From contig JAEDKN010000003.1 in assembly GCA_016295795.1 (NCBI GenBank), positions 1,680 to 65,679 of the forward strand: a stretch of 64,000 bases of DNA. Reading direction: 5' to 3'. Shown here piece by piece: positions 1 to 10,459 of the stretch (the stretch's first letter is position 1; each line of letters starts with the position of its first letter). The notes below the pieces were generated by a model, which worked only from the letters and a program-made list of their open reading frames with translations, was not told the origin of the DNA and made no database searches. The DNA comes from Bacilli bacterium. Its GTDB lineage: Bacteria; Bacillota_I; Bacilli_A; RF39; UBA660. Position numbers and translations under genes: made by a program.

Positions 1-208
1 CGCACAATTCATTATGTTGTAATAATCTAGGACTATAATAATGTTCACATTCACAATCATCACAATTACAATCTTCATCACAGCAACATTCTGAATTTTG
101 AACTAATTTTTGTTCTTCCTCTGTAAATTCAAATGGATCTCTACCCATAACATCACTTAATGTTTTATTTTTAATTTCTTCAAATAATTCTTTAGTATTA
201 ATTTCCAT
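1..208 (-). CDS. Hypothetical Cys/Asp-rich protein, N-terminal part only (ORF runs off the left edge)
   Basis: ATG at 208 with GAAGGTGA SD (rc of 213-220). Translates MEINTKELFEEIKNKTLSDVMGRDPFEFTEEEQKLVQNSECCCDEDCNCDDCECEHYYSPRLLQHNELC... No family recognised. Confidence 0.4.
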   Translation of the reverse strand, partial: MEINTKELFEEIKNKTLSDVMGRDPFEFTEEEQKLVQNSECCCDEDCNCDDCECEHYYSPRLLQHNELC

Positions 209-237
209 TGTATCACCTTCTTTTTCTCATATTATAT

Positions 238-1638
238 TTATTCATTATTACTTTTATGTTGATTACAATATCTATGAGCTATTTGAGCATTTTCTAAAAC
301 AGTTAAACCACCTTTTGAATATGGAAGAATATGATCAACATGAGCATCATCATAATTTAATATTCTTTGTCCACATAATTTACATGTTGGATCTTCATTA
401 TATAATTGTGATTTTATTGAATCTGGAAAACATCTTGGATTATCTGTTTCAATATCTTGTTTCATTATGTCTTCCATTATATCAAGCCACATTCTAAATC
501 TTCTATTTACCATATCTGTATTACTTGTTTTAAATTCAATTGCATTTATAAAATCAGGATTATTAATCATTAGATCATACATTCTATCTCTAATTTCATC
601 TGCATGTCTAATTAATTGTTCTTTATCATATCTAGAAAAACTATACATTTGAATATCATATAAAGCCATATTAATTCTAGTTTTAGCCCAAATATAATTA
701 TTAGTTCCTTCTTCTTTCATCATTCTTCTAAAAGCATTTTCTCCAAATACAGAATAAATAGATGAAATTGTATCTTTAAAGATTTGTCTATATTCTGCAA
801 TTTGTTCATCATCCATATTTCTGAATCTTTTAATATGTTTATTACAGAATTGCTTCATACTAGGCTTATAGTTTAAATATGTTTTTTCATAGAAAGCAAA
901 GAATCTTAAAATCATTCCTTTATATAACATTCTGTTCTTAAAGTTTGGTTTATTAACAATTTTATCAAATAATTCATTACTCTCTAATTCCTTTAAAAGA
1001 TTCATATATTTACCACGATACACGGTGTTACGTATTTCGTCTTCATTTAGTGGAGTAGATCCAGTATTTAATCTTTCAAATATTTCAAATTTTATATCAT
1101 CATTTGATTCTTTCTTTATTACAAATGATCTAATGGCTGTATTTAATATTTTTTCTTGTTGTTCATTTGACAAGTCACTAAATGATTTTCTATTTAATTC
1201 TGTCATAACATTTAAGCTAGTTAATTTAAATGGTTTATCATCATAAAGATTTTTTCCTTGAACGAATGAAATAATTGATGTTAATCTTTGTTGTCCATCA
1301 ATAACACTCCAGCTGCCATCTTCTTCTTCTGCAAAATAAACAATTGGTAATGGTATATCTAATAAAATAGATTCAATTAGTCTACTTGCAACTTGAGACT
1401 TCATAACATATTTTCTTTGATAATCAGGTTGCAAAATTAATTTTTGTCTTGTAAATTTCATATATAATGATTCGATAGTTGGATCAACTTTATCAATAAC
1501 TAACTTACGATCAAATTGTTCTCCTACTTCATCTGAATCATCTAATGCCTCAATGTCATCACTTAAAATTGTATTGTTTTTGATTTCTTCAATTAATTCA
1601 TTTTCTGTAATTAAATTATTTTCTTCCATACTTTCCAC
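238..1638 (-). CDS. DUF262 (ParB-like/GmrSD N-terminal) + C-terminal HNH nuclease; type IV restriction-like enzyme
   Basis: N-terminal DYQRKYV and IDGQQRLTS (DGQQR hallmark of DUF262). C-terminal CKLCGQ...HVDHILPYSKGG...N...H HNH motif. Confidence 0.75.
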   Translation of the reverse strand: MESMEENNLITENELIEEIKNNTILSDDIEALDDSDEVGEQFDRKLVIDKVDPTIESLYMKFTRQKLILQPDYQRKYVMKSQVASRLIESILLDIPLPIVYFAEEEDGSWSVIDGQQRLTSIISFVQGKNLYDDKPFKLTSLNVMTELNRKSFSDLSNEQQEKILNTAIRSFVIKKESNDDIKFEIFERLNTGSTPLNEDEIRNTVYRGKYMNLLKELESNELFDKIVNKPNFKNRMLYKGMILRFFAFYEKTYLNYKPSMKQFCNKHIKRFRNMDDEQIAEYRQIFKDTISSIYSVFGENAFRRMMKEEGTNNYIWAKTRINMALYDIQMYSFSRYDKEQLIRHADEIRDRMYDLMINNPDFINAIEFKTSNTDMVNRRFRMWLDIMEDIMKQDIETDNPRCFPDSIKSQLYNEDPTCKLCGQRILNYDDAHVDHILPYSKGGLTVLENAQIAHRYCNQHKSNNE

Positions 1639-1719
1639 ATCCTCATTTTAATTATACCACAACATTCAATATTTCCTTATACTTTAGGGCAAAAAAAAGA
1701 AGGTTAAGTGTTTTTACAC

Positions 1720-3687
1720 CTAACCTTCTTTTGAAACTGTTTTTTCATATGACTGAAAATGAACATCAATAAATTGTTTATTCTCTTTAGATTTAAAATA
1801 TAAATGATACTTTTCTTTCCAATCAGCAGTTAATTTTAATATTTGTTGTTGATTCAAAATTTTATCACATTCTATTTTTAATACTACCCTACTATTTACA
1901 ATTTTAAATTTAGTTTTAAAATTAACATCAACATATATTCTCTGAATCGAAGTTAGTATATCATTAAATAATTTCTTTTGTTTCTTATATTCATCATCTA
2001 ACATTTTATTTGATTCTTGAGACTGATTTGAATCATAATGAATATCTTCAACAGTAAAATATGTATAATTTAAATTTTCTAAATTATTTATATTTCTATT
2101 AATAGTTCCTGATTTATATATTTTAAAATCTTTATAAATAATTGTATCTCTAAAAATAGGATATCCTACTGTTGGAAATATAATCATTTTATAATGTAAT
2201 TGTTTTATTTCATCTGCAGTTAACAATTCTCTTGCCATCAGAGAAGTTGATTTATTGCCATCGTAGCGACTTAAACTCATAGATTGACTAATTGAATTAG
2301 ATTCAATTGTTTTCTTCCCTAATCGCTTAGAAATAGCCTCTGCTGTATCTTGTGTATTAGTCTTTAAATATACTAATCCACAGTTATCTAAAATAATCTG
2401 TGCTACATCTTTTCCATATACATTATCAAGTTGTGCAAAAGATTGAATAAAAAAATGAAATCTCATTCCTCTTGATCTTGCAACTGATACCATTGCTTCA
2501 ATATCAGTTAATGGTGGACAGTTAGCAAATTCATCCAATATCCAATCGACTTTTACTGGCAAACATTTTTCTTTCTGCTTATTTGCTACTTTAACTAATT
2601 CTTTATAAAGTAAACCTACAATTATGGAAACTAAAGTAAAATAAGTTTTATCTTCATCTGGAACAATAACATATAAAACTGTTGGCTTTGTTCCCAAATT
2701 ATCAAATCTAGAATCATAACTTGATGTAACATTAGCTACATTAATATCATCAAAAATATTCATTTTATTACCAAATACAGATGTTATTGATTTATAAGTA
2801 TTTTCACTTGCAGTTATAACTGATGTTAAACTGTCTTTTGATTTACTTCCATATTCTCTAGTTTCTAAATATTGTTTAAATGTTTTTGCATTCTTATCTT
2901 CTAACATACTATTTTGAAACTTTCTAATACTAGTCATTGTTATTTGTTCTCTCTTAATATTACCAAGTTTATATTCCTCCAAAAAGAATCCTATTAAACC
3001 TTCTAATAATTGTCTTGCACTGTTATTCCAAAATGGATCTTTAGCCTCAACTTTATCCGCTGTTATCATATCTGATAAAGACGTAATTAATCTATTTGTT
3101 TCAGCAAAGTGACTCATAGCTTCATTGTTACATTTCATTTTTATTTCATCTGTTGGAGATACTTCCATCATTTCTATACAATCTATATATTCTTGCCACT
3201 CTTTTATAATCGGTTCCAATATATTAAATTTATTAGATTGTTCTGGATTTCTAAAATCTATCGTTAATACTTCATATCCTCTATCTTTAAACATCTTACT
3301 TGTTTTTTGAAATATTTCACCTTTTGGATCTGTTATAAATGCACTTCTCTTTTCATTAGCTACAGAAAGAAAACTACAAAATGGAATTACTTGTGTTACA
3401 GATTTACCACTACCTGTTGCTCCCAAATAAACCCAATGTGGTGTTTCTTTATCCATATAAACATAATCCAATTTCTTTTCAAAATATATAGGAAAGCCTA
3501 CCTCTTTTATTCTTTTTAATTCTTCTTTTTTAAAATTCCTTTTTATCTCATCCAATCGTGCAAATCTTGCACTTCCATATTCATTACTATTCTTTATTTT
3601 ATGTTTTGCTAGTAATGGTTCGATATACATAAAAACAATAATGAATATTCCAATTAAAACAAGTATTATGATATAAGTTAAACTCAT
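1720..3687 (-). CDS. Type IV coupling protein (VirD4/TraG family)
   Basis: N-terminal TM segment, Walker A GATGSGKS, LDEFANCPP box typical of TraG/VirD4. Start moved to the ATG at 3687 (SD AAGGTGG; TAATG overlap with the relaxase stop) instead of the GTG at 3696. Confidence 0.85.
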   Translation of the reverse strand: MSLTYIIILVLIGIFIIVFMYIEPLLAKHKIKNSNEYGSARFARLDEIKRNFKKEELKRIKEVGFPIYFEKKLDYVYMDKETPHWVYLGATGSGKSVTQVIPFCSFLSVANEKRSAFITDPKGEIFQKTSKMFKDRGYEVLTIDFRNPEQSNKFNILEPIIKEWQEYIDCIEMMEVSPTDEIKMKCNNEAMSHFAETNRLITSLSDMITADKVEAKDPFWNNSARQLLEGLIGFFLEEYKLGNIKREQITMTSIRKFQNSMLEDKNAKTFKQYLETREYGSKSKDSLTSVITASENTYKSITSVFGNKMNIFDDINVANVTSSYDSRFDNLGTKPTVLYVIVPDEDKTYFTLVSIIVGLLYKELVKVANKQKEKCLPVKVDWILDEFANCPPLTDIEAMVSVARSRGMRFHFFIQSFAQLDNVYGKDVAQIILDNCGLVYLKTNTQDTAEAISKRLGKKTIESNSISQSMSLSRYDGNKSTSLMARELLTADEIKQLHYKMIIFPTVGYPIFRDTIIYKDFKIYKSGTINRNINNLENLNYTYFTVEDIHYDSNQSQESNKMLDDEYKKQKKLFNDILTSIQRIYVDVNFKTKFKIVNSRVVLKIECDKILNQQQILKLTADWKEKYHLYFKSKENKQFIDVHFQSYEKTVSKEG

Positions 3688-4988
3688 TAATACCACCTTA
3701 CTTTTTCTTTTTTAGTTTGTTTCATAATTCTTTCATATTCTTCAGAAGCTTGATTTAATTCTCTGTCTATATTTCTTATTGCATTATATATTTGTTGTTG
3801 AAATTTATATTTACTCATTCCAACATTAGATAAACTATTTTTAACTATATCCTTTTTATCATATTCTTCATCTTTCTCATATTCAGTTAAAATAATAGAT
3901 TGAATAATATCATCTTTATCAATAACTTTATTCTCAAAATTAGAATATTTATATCTTGCATGATTAACAATAGAATTCAATATTAAATTATCTAAATATT
4001 TTTCTTTTCCTTTGGTATAAGTTAAATCAACATCTTCTACTGAAATATGATTCCTTTTATTTAATCCTTCAAAATAACTGTTCATGTTCTTTATAGAATT
4101 ATTAAAATTTGATTTTGATATTTTTAATTTTTTATTTAATCTAAATAAGTCATCACGAACTTCTTTTGTTAAATCTTTAATTTCTTGATCTTTGATAGAA
4201 TTAAATTTAATTTTGCTATTATATGAAACATTTCTCTCATTCAATAATTTACCCAACTTCAATATTTTTTCTTCTAAAAATATATTATCTCTATCATATA
4301 AAACAAAATTTTTAGTACCTGGATCAAATAAGTTTCTAATATCTTCAATATCTTTATTTATATTTGTTGCTAAAGGTCTAAACATATTTTCTCTTTCTGC
4401 AACTTTAATAACTTCTCTCTTTAAAACATTTATAGACTTTTTAGGAATCTTACCAAATCTTCTATACGCTATTTTATTATTACGTTCATAAGTATTCGGT
4501 TCTTTTTCCATAAACGAAATATGAAAATGTGGATGCTTGGTATTAGTGTGAAGTGAAAATTCATAACACATTTTCTTAGCATCTACAAATCCCATACTTT
4601 TAAAAAAAGTTGGTAATATTTCAGTTGCTAACTTTTTTTCTAAATCATCCCATGAAATATTTTTATCAATAAATTTCTTATCTATAGATAAAACCATTTG
4701 CCAAACATTAGAATTATTAAATTGTTTATTAATATACTTTTTTCGATTAACAATATCTTTTTCAGAAGCATGACTACCATCTTCTAAAACCAAATTAATA
4801 TCTTCATGTTTGTTAATCTTTCCAGTAAAATAATCGATCATGTTTATAACTCTCTTTTTATCCTCTTTATAATAATCTAAAATTCCATCAACATATTTTT
4901 TATCTCTCGAATTATATAACTCTGATCTATCATGATTGTTAAGTGATAACTTATATCCAGTTCTTACTACAATCTTTGGACTACTCAA
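3687..4988 (-). CDS. Conjugative relaxase (MOBQ/MOBP-like histidine-triad type)
   Basis: LHTNTKHPHFHISF matches the HxxxxxPHxH metal-binding motif of relaxases. Sits directly upstream of the coupling protein and downstream of small RHH-like genes. Confidence 0.7.
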   Translation of the reverse strand: MSSPKIVVRTGYKLSLNNHDRSELYNSRDKKYVDGILDYYKEDKKRVINMIDYFTGKINKHEDINLVLEDGSHASEKDIVNRKKYINKQFNNSNVWQMVLSIDKKFIDKNISWDDLEKKLATEILPTFFKSMGFVDAKKMCYEFSLHTNTKHPHFHISFMEKEPNTYERNNKIAYRRFGKIPKKSINVLKREVIKVAERENMFRPLATNINKDIEDIRNLFDPGTKNFVLYDRDNIFLEEKILKLGKLLNERNVSYNSKIKFNSIKDQEIKDLTKEVRDDLFRLNKKLKISKSNFNNSIKNMNSYFEGLNKRNHISVEDVDLTYTKGKEKYLDNLILNSIVNHARYKYSNFENKVIDKDDIIQSIILTEYEKDEEYDKKDIVKNSLSNVGMSKYKFQQQIYNAIRNIDRELNQASEEYERIMKQTKKEKVRWY

Positions 4989-5301
4989 TTAACTTATCAC
5001 CTTTTAAGTTATCTTTAAATTTTTGTAAAGCTTCACTATTTTTAACATCACTTGGATCAGTAATTATATCCGCATATAATTGTTCTAATAATTTTTTAAT
5101 ATATCTACTATTACTATATTCCTTATTAATCAATTTAAAAATCAAATCAAATTTACTTAGTATATTTTCTATATCCAAACTATAAGAAATTAAATCATTT
5201 ATTTCTTTATTAACTGTAACATTTTTCTTCTTTGCTCTTGATTCTATTTCCTTATACATTTCATACTCTAATCTAGTATGTAATTCTTTATAAACAGACA
5301 T
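4981..5301 (-). CDS. Hypothetical protein, possible relaxosome accessory factor
   Basis: 106-aa ORF overlapping the relaxase start by 8 nt; position only, no motif recognised. Confidence 0.4.
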   Translation of the reverse strand: MSVYKELHTRLEYEMYKEIESRAKKKNVTVNKEINDLISYSLDIENILSKFDLIFKLINKEYSNSRYIKKLLEQLYADIITDPSDVKNSEALQKFKDNLKGDKLIE

Positions 5302-5302
5302 T

Positions 5303-5458
5303 TTATTTTCCTCTTAAAGTCTTTTGTTTTTCTAAATATCCTATTTCAATTAACTCGTTTATTAATGCTGTCATAGACTCATATCCTAAATAATCTTTCA
5401 TTGCTTTTAATAATTGATAATTATAATATGGCATACTTAAATTAAATCTTTTAAACAT
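5303..5458 (-). CDS. Small ribbon-helix-helix-like protein (MobC/CopG-like), not in the ORF track
   Basis: 51-aa ORF MFKRFNLSMPYYNYQLLKAMKDYLGYESMTALINELIEIGYLEKQKTLRGK. SD GGAGGAA upstream. Short beta-strand then two helices, as in RHH proteins. First gene after the oriT-like region. Confidence 0.4.
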   Translation of the reverse strand: MFKRFNLSMPYYNYQLLKAMKDYLGYESMTALINELIEIGYLEKQKTLRGK

Positions 5459-5527
5459 AATTCCTCCTATTTCTAATATCCCAAAATGACATATTTTTAT
5501 ATGTTATTTTTTTATCAGGATAAGACG

Positions 5528-5582
5528 TTTGTGCATTGATACCACTTTTAGCCTTATTTTAAGCCAAAAGTGGATGCACAAA
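5528..5582. repeat. Imperfect inverted repeat, candidate oriT hairpin
   Basis: TTTGTGCAT(5528-5536)...CCACTTTTAGC(5542-5552) pairs with GCCAAAAGTGG(5563-5573)+ATGCACAAA(5574-5582). Lies in the 264-bp gap upstream of the relaxase operon. Flanked by six TATCCCA-type boxes (5477, 5605, 5633, 5660, 5690 rc, 5711). Confidence 0.45.
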
Positions 5583-5722
5583 TCTTATTTTGCACTTGCA
5601 AAATTATCCCAAAATCTTCGATTTTTACTAGCAATCCCTTATTTTATAATGGTTTTTGATATCCCATTTTTAAAAATCAAAGAAAAAAGTGGGATTTTAA
5701 CTTTTAAAAATATCCCACTCTT

Positions 5723-6745
5723 TTAATATGGTAAACTAGCACATTCATCAACAATTACGCCATTAACCGGTCTTCTTATAGTATCATTCCAATGAGCATA
5801 ACAGTCAGCTCTATTAGTATATCCTCCTACATTAGGAATATTATTATTTATTGTTGGTGAACTATATGATTTACCTCCACTAAAATCAACTAAGCTCATT
5901 GCATCAACAACATTTCCATCTCTACTAACTTGAAAATGTAAATGGTTCCCAGTTGAATTTCCTGTTGTTCCAACTCCGGCTAAAATCTGTCCTTGTGTTA
6001 CTATATCTCCTACTTTAACTTTAGAACTATTAGGAAATAAATGAGCATATAAAATTGATAAATCATCTTCGCCTTCACATTGAACTTTTATATGATTACC
6101 TCCTGCACCATCATTTGGATTCGGTGTATTACTAGAATATGGAAAAGATACAGTTACAACTTTACCAGCACAAGCTGACTTAACTTCAGTTTGCGCTCCA
6201 GCTGCAAAATCCCATGCACTATGAACATTTGCTTTTCCATAAATAACACGTTCTTCTTTAAAATAACTTGTTATTGTAAATTTACTACTATCTATTGGTA
6301 ATACTAATGGCTTATTTTGAATAGTATCTATTTGACCAGAATTAGCAATTTCTTTTGCTGAGCAAACATATAATTTTTTATATTTTTCTCTGGAACAAAC
6401 ATCAGTAATTGTTCGTTCTTGTTTTAGTTCTGGATCTAAATTATCTGTATAAATTTCATCAAAAGTTAACTTATCATTAGCTAAATAAAAATATAATATT
6501 CTTGATAACGAAACATAACCTTTACCTTCTTTAACATTCTTTCTAACAACAGAAATATATCTTTCAGCATATTCTGCATTACCTTCTATATATCCATCTG
6601 TTACTGTTGTTCCAAAAAAATTAAATGTAAATAAACATGCTACTAATACAAAAAGACCAACAATGATTAATATTCCTGTTGGTCCTAAAATAAGTATTAT
6701 TTTTTTTATTATTTTTTTCTTTAAATCATCACCTATAAAAATCAC
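5723..6745 (-). CDS. Membrane-anchored M23 (LytM) peptidoglycan hydrolase of the conjugation apparatus
   Basis: N-terminal TM helix; HSAWDF (HxxxD) and HLHFQV (HxH) M23 motifs. Confidence 0.85.
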   Translation of the reverse strand: MIFIGDDLKKKIIKKIILILGPTGILIIVGLFVLVACLFTFNFFGTTVTDGYIEGNAEYAERYISVVRKNVKEGKGYVSLSRILYFYLANDKLTFDEIYTDNLDPELKQERTITDVCSREKYKKLYVCSAKEIANSGQIDTIQNKPLVLPIDSSKFTITSYFKEERVIYGKANVHSAWDFAAGAQTEVKSACAGKVVTVSFPYSSNTPNPNDGAGGNHIKVQCEGEDDLSILYAHLFPNSSKVKVGDIVTQGQILAGVGTTGNSTGNHLHFQVSRDGNVVDAMSLVDFSGGKSYSSPTINNNIPNVGGYTNRADCYAHWNDTIRRPVNGVIVDECASLPY

Positions 6746-6761
6746 CTCACAAAAAAAGATA

Positions 6762-6959
6762 TTAGTTTTCTAACATCTTTTCTAAAGTTAATAATGATTT
6801 ATACCATAAGTCATCATATTTTTTTAATAACTCTTTATATTGTTTTTTATATAAAATACTAAATATATTTTTGCTATAAATCTTTTTCATAAGTTTATTA
6901 CGTTCATCTTCAATTGGTTGAATAATATTCTTACAATAATCATTTATTATATCTTGCAT
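6762..6959 (-). CDS. Hypothetical small protein
   Basis: 65-aa ORF in the operon; no motif recognised. Confidence 0.35.
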   Translation of the reverse strand: MQDIINDYCKNIIQPIEDERNKLMKKIYSKNIFSILYKKQYKELLKKYDDLWYKSLLTLEKMLEN

Positions 6960-7015
6960 TTTATCACCTATAATTATTATACACTATAATTCGACATTTT
7001 CAGCCATCTAAGTGC

Positions 7016-7474
7016 TTAAATTTTGATTTCTTTATCTTTAAACATTGGCATAATATCTGGTGTATCAAATCCTGTAGCTTTATCTAAATACTCTTTATTT
7101 ATTCCATTTTCATTACAGTATTTTATATAATATTTAACCCCATCTACGCAATCAATATCATTAGGCCATAATTCACTAATTGAATTCCATAAACTGTAAT
7201 GTACATCATCTTTCATAAATCCTATTTTATAATCATTATCTAAATAATCATAAATATAATAATCAAAATTATAATCCCATTCTGGCACATAATCATAATC
7301 ATTATTTAAATGAGAAAACTCAATAGCTTCTTCATTATTATCACTAAATAAGATTCTATATTTATTATCATCTGAATATAAAACATATTGTAATTCTTTA
7401 TTTTGATGTTCTGTACTATCTTTGACAAAATTCGACAATTCATTCATTTTATTTTTAATATATTCGTTCATCAA
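7016..7474 (-). CDS. Hypothetical highly acidic Asp/Tyr/Asn-rich protein
   Basis: 152-aa ORF overlapping the virB4-like stop (7471-7474). Strongly acidic (DYDYVPEWDYNFDYYIYDYLDNDY). Confidence 0.5.
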   Translation of the reverse strand: MMNEYIKNKMNELSNFVKDSTEHQNKELQYVLYSDDNKYRILFSDNNEEAIEFSHLNNDYDYVPEWDYNFDYYIYDYLDNDYKIGFMKDDVHYSLWNSISELWPNDIDCVDGVKYYIKYCNENGINKEYLDKATGFDTPDIMPMFKDKEIKI

Positions 7475-9924
7475 TTTTCCCCCATCATTTCTCTTTCAAT
7501 TTCTGTTGCCTCTACCTTTACTCTTAATCTTGTTTTTGAATCTATATTTAATAAAAACTCTCCTCTTTTTGATGTTAATAGAAACGATTTTTGAGTGTCA
7601 GTTAAAGGATTCTGTTTAAATAAATCTAAATATGCTTTTAGATCATCTTCTTTTAACATTCCTATCATTTGATATTGACAGTTATTAAATATAGCTGTTG
7701 AATGTCTTAGTATTTGATTGCTTCCTACAAAGTCTTTTATAGATTGAGTAGCAACTATAAGCGATCCTGAATACTTTCTAATTCTTCTTGCTAATTGACC
7801 AAAGTTTCTTAATACTTCAAAATTATTTTCATCAATAAATAAATGAAATTCATCTGCAACTATTATTACATGTTTTCTATCTTCTAACTTAACTTTATCG
7901 TTATTAATCTTATTAGCAACAATACTATTATTTAAGTAAGTTAATAAGTTTAATGTTTGAGTATTAATTAATCTTTGATTTTCTGAATATAATAATTCTT
8001 GTAAGTTAAAAGCAATTAAATCGTTATCAAGATTAATATTTGTATAACCATCAAATAAATAACTATCAGTACCAGTTAAAAATCTAGATAATAATATATC
8101 TAATTGTTCTATTAACTTTTTCTTTTCATTACTAGTTAACCCTTTAGAATATTCTGGTAAGAAGTTATATAGATCAGTGAATATCGGATAATCTTCCGGT
8201 TTTAAACTTTGTAGTGTATTAATTGAAGTATTTTTATAAATACCTTTCTTGTTATATAACTTTTCAACTACAGCAAGTAACATTACTAATTCTTTTTCAG
8301 TTATATCTTCAAATGCTGATTTAAAGAATGCTTCTAAGAATCCTAAATGTTTTGCTAAAGGGCAATCTGTTTCTTTAGTATCTTGATCATCTTCATCACC
8401 AGCTATAAATCTTATTTGAAGTGGATTTATTATTCCACCTTTTTTTGAATACATATCAATATATTCTCCACCATTTTTATGAACCAACTTTTTATATTCA
8501 TTTTCAGCATCAAATATAAACACTTTAGTTCCTCTAGAAAATTCATTAACAATCATCTTTTTCATGGTAAAAGATTTACCTCCACCAGTTGATGAAATAA
8601 TTGCTAAATTATGACTAGTTCTAGAATTATTTAAAGTAAATGGATCATAAAATATTGGTAATGATGTATGAGTATCAACTCCTAACATATACCCCTGTGA
8701 ATCATTAAAATATGTTTCAGTAAACGGAAAGCCTGCAGCCATAGTCATTGTTGGAAGATATACAGAATAATCTTCTAATGTCTTCGTATTTATATCATAT
8801 GATTGCCATGTTTCTAATTGTCTTAATCTAGGAACATCTAATTTAATTTGATATGGATCTACAAGTTTCTTTAATTCTCTTATTGTTTCTTCTCTTTCTT
8901 TTTTATCACCAGTTACAACAAGTATTAATGAAACTTCTTTTATTTTTTCATCTCCATTTTTTATTTCTTGCATAAGGACTTGGAAGTTTTCTTCCTGTCT
9001 ATCAAGTTCTGTAGCATCACTTAGCTTCTTTGTAGTATTTCTATCAGTTAATAAAAATTGATATTGATTATTAACCCATCTAATTAATTCTTCTTGTGAT
9101 ATTGTATCTTTAATTGAAATACAAGCTCTTACATTTGGTACATTAAATACTTTTTCAAAAAATAATTCATCAATAAATGGTGGAATACTTTTTATAGTAC
9201 ACAACTGAAATTCAGTTTCATCAAATTTAATTAAACTAGGATGTTCTGTTACGTTCATTGGTAAAGATAATTCTGCTAAACTACTCCATACTAATTGATC
9301 TAATGAGTTTTTATTTAAATATAAATTACTAATAAATTTAAATACTTGTAATTTATTTTGAATTATCTCTACATTAATTCTTGGTTGAATATCATTTAAA
9401 ATTTCTTCAACCTCATCAATTATCTTTTCTAATTCTTCTACTGTTTTAGCAATTACTACCCAATAATAAATACTTGATACAGTAAAATCATTTTCTTCTA
9501 AATAATTTATTAAATCTTTATTTGTATTTAATAATTCTTTTCTATATTCATCTTTATCATACTTATTAATTAATTCTTCTAAATGAATCTTATTATTATT
9601 AAGATTTATTTTATCATCCAGTTTATAACATTTAAGATTTAATCCTTTAATCTGATAAAGAGATTTTAAAGTAAAAAAGAAATTACTCTTTTCTTGTTTA
9701 CTAGTGAGTGACAAATCAACTGCACTAATTTCCATTAAAGAAGCAACTTCTCCAGATTTTAAATATATTAATCCATCTTCTCCAACTTCTTTTATATTTG
9801 AAAGTATCTGAGAATTTTTAATCTTTTTCCTCATCTGAGATTTATTAATATATTTCGTTTTATTTTTTTCATGTGCTTTTTCTAAAGACTTTAATATCTT
9901 TTCTTCTTTTGTTAATTTACTCAA
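7471..9924 (-). CDS. VirB4-like conjugative ATPase (TcpF/Orf16/ConE class)
   Basis: 817 aa; Walker A SSTGGGKS; Walker B HVIIVADEFH; size and context typical of Gram-positive VirB4. Confidence 0.85.
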   Translation of the reverse strand: MSKLTKEEKILKSLEKAHEKNKTKYINKSQMRKKIKNSQILSNIKEVGEDGLIYLKSGEVASLMEISAVDLSLTSKQEKSNFFFTLKSLYQIKGLNLKCYKLDDKINLNNNKIHLEELINKYDKDEYRKELLNTNKDLINYLEENDFTVSSIYYWVVIAKTVEELEKIIDEVEEILNDIQPRINVEIIQNKLQVFKFISNLYLNKNSLDQLVWSSLAELSLPMNVTEHPSLIKFDETEFQLCTIKSIPPFIDELFFEKVFNVPNVRACISIKDTISQEELIRWVNNQYQFLLTDRNTTKKLSDATELDRQEENFQVLMQEIKNGDEKIKEVSLILVVTGDKKEREETIRELKKLVDPYQIKLDVPRLRQLETWQSYDINTKTLEDYSVYLPTMTMAAGFPFTETYFNDSQGYMLGVDTHTSLPIFYDPFTLNNSRTSHNLAIISSTGGGKSFTMKKMIVNEFSRGTKVFIFDAENEYKKLVHKNGGEYIDMYSKKGGIINPLQIRFIAGDEDDQDTKETDCPLAKHLGFLEAFFKSAFEDITEKELVMLLAVVEKLYNKKGIYKNTSINTLQSLKPEDYPIFTDLYNFLPEYSKGLTSNEKKKLIEQLDILLSRFLTGTDSYLFDGYTNINLDNDLIAFNLQELLYSENQRLINTQTLNLLTYLNNSIVANKINNDKVKLEDRKHVIIVADEFHLFIDENNFEVLRNFGQLARRIRKYSGSLIVATQSIKDFVGSNQILRHSTAIFNNCQYQMIGMLKEDDLKAYLDLFKQNPLTDTQKSFLLTSKRGEFLLNIDSKTRLRVKVEATEIEREMMGEN

Positions 9925-9980
9925 ATTTATTACACCTTCTTTATATATTTATTACAGTTTTATTACAGTAAAAAAGAAGC

Positions 9981-10274
9981 TTATTTAGCCTCTTTAATAA
10001 TACTTAATACATCAATTATGATTCTAAAGCCATGTTTACTTTCTATATGACCATTAAATGCTAATGGTATACCAACCTTACCTCTAAACATATTTAAATC
10101 ATTTGTATATAAATATGCATTAATATAATTTGGATTTAATTCATAGTTTTCATCATTAGGAACAGCTAAACATAACTTTAATGCTTTTTGATTGTTGATT
10201 TGTGTTTTATATGCCGGTCTACATAATCTACCAATCATAGTAACATCATTATGACATTGAACTTGATAAGCCAT
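9981..10274 (-). CDS. Hypothetical protein, possibly a divergent OB-fold/SSB-like protein
   Basis: 97 aa. N-terminal VTMIGRLCRPAYK resembles the SSB N-terminal V.L.GRL..DP strand. Weak. Confidence 0.35.
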   Translation of the reverse strand: MAYQVQCHNDVTMIGRLCRPAYKTQINNQKALKLCLAVPNDENYELNPNYINAYLYTNDLNMFRGKVGIPLAFNGHIESKHGFRIIIDVLSIIKEAK

Positions 10275-10459
10275 TATATTTCCTCCTTTCGAGTGAGTAA
10301 TATAATGTATATTAAAAATATAATCAAATGACCAATTTTTAATTTTCGTTATAAAAACTTAGTCAAAAATTAGATTTCTGATTACTTTTTATGTTAAAAC
10401 ATATCAAATTTTAAATTTTTAACGATTTTCAACAATCAAAAAACAAAATTTAGTATTTT

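Noticed and set aside
5529-5726. 65-aa plus-strand ORF across the oriT-like region
   Set aside because: It spans the inverted repeat and the TATCCCA boxes, lacks an SD and opposes all neighbouring genes.
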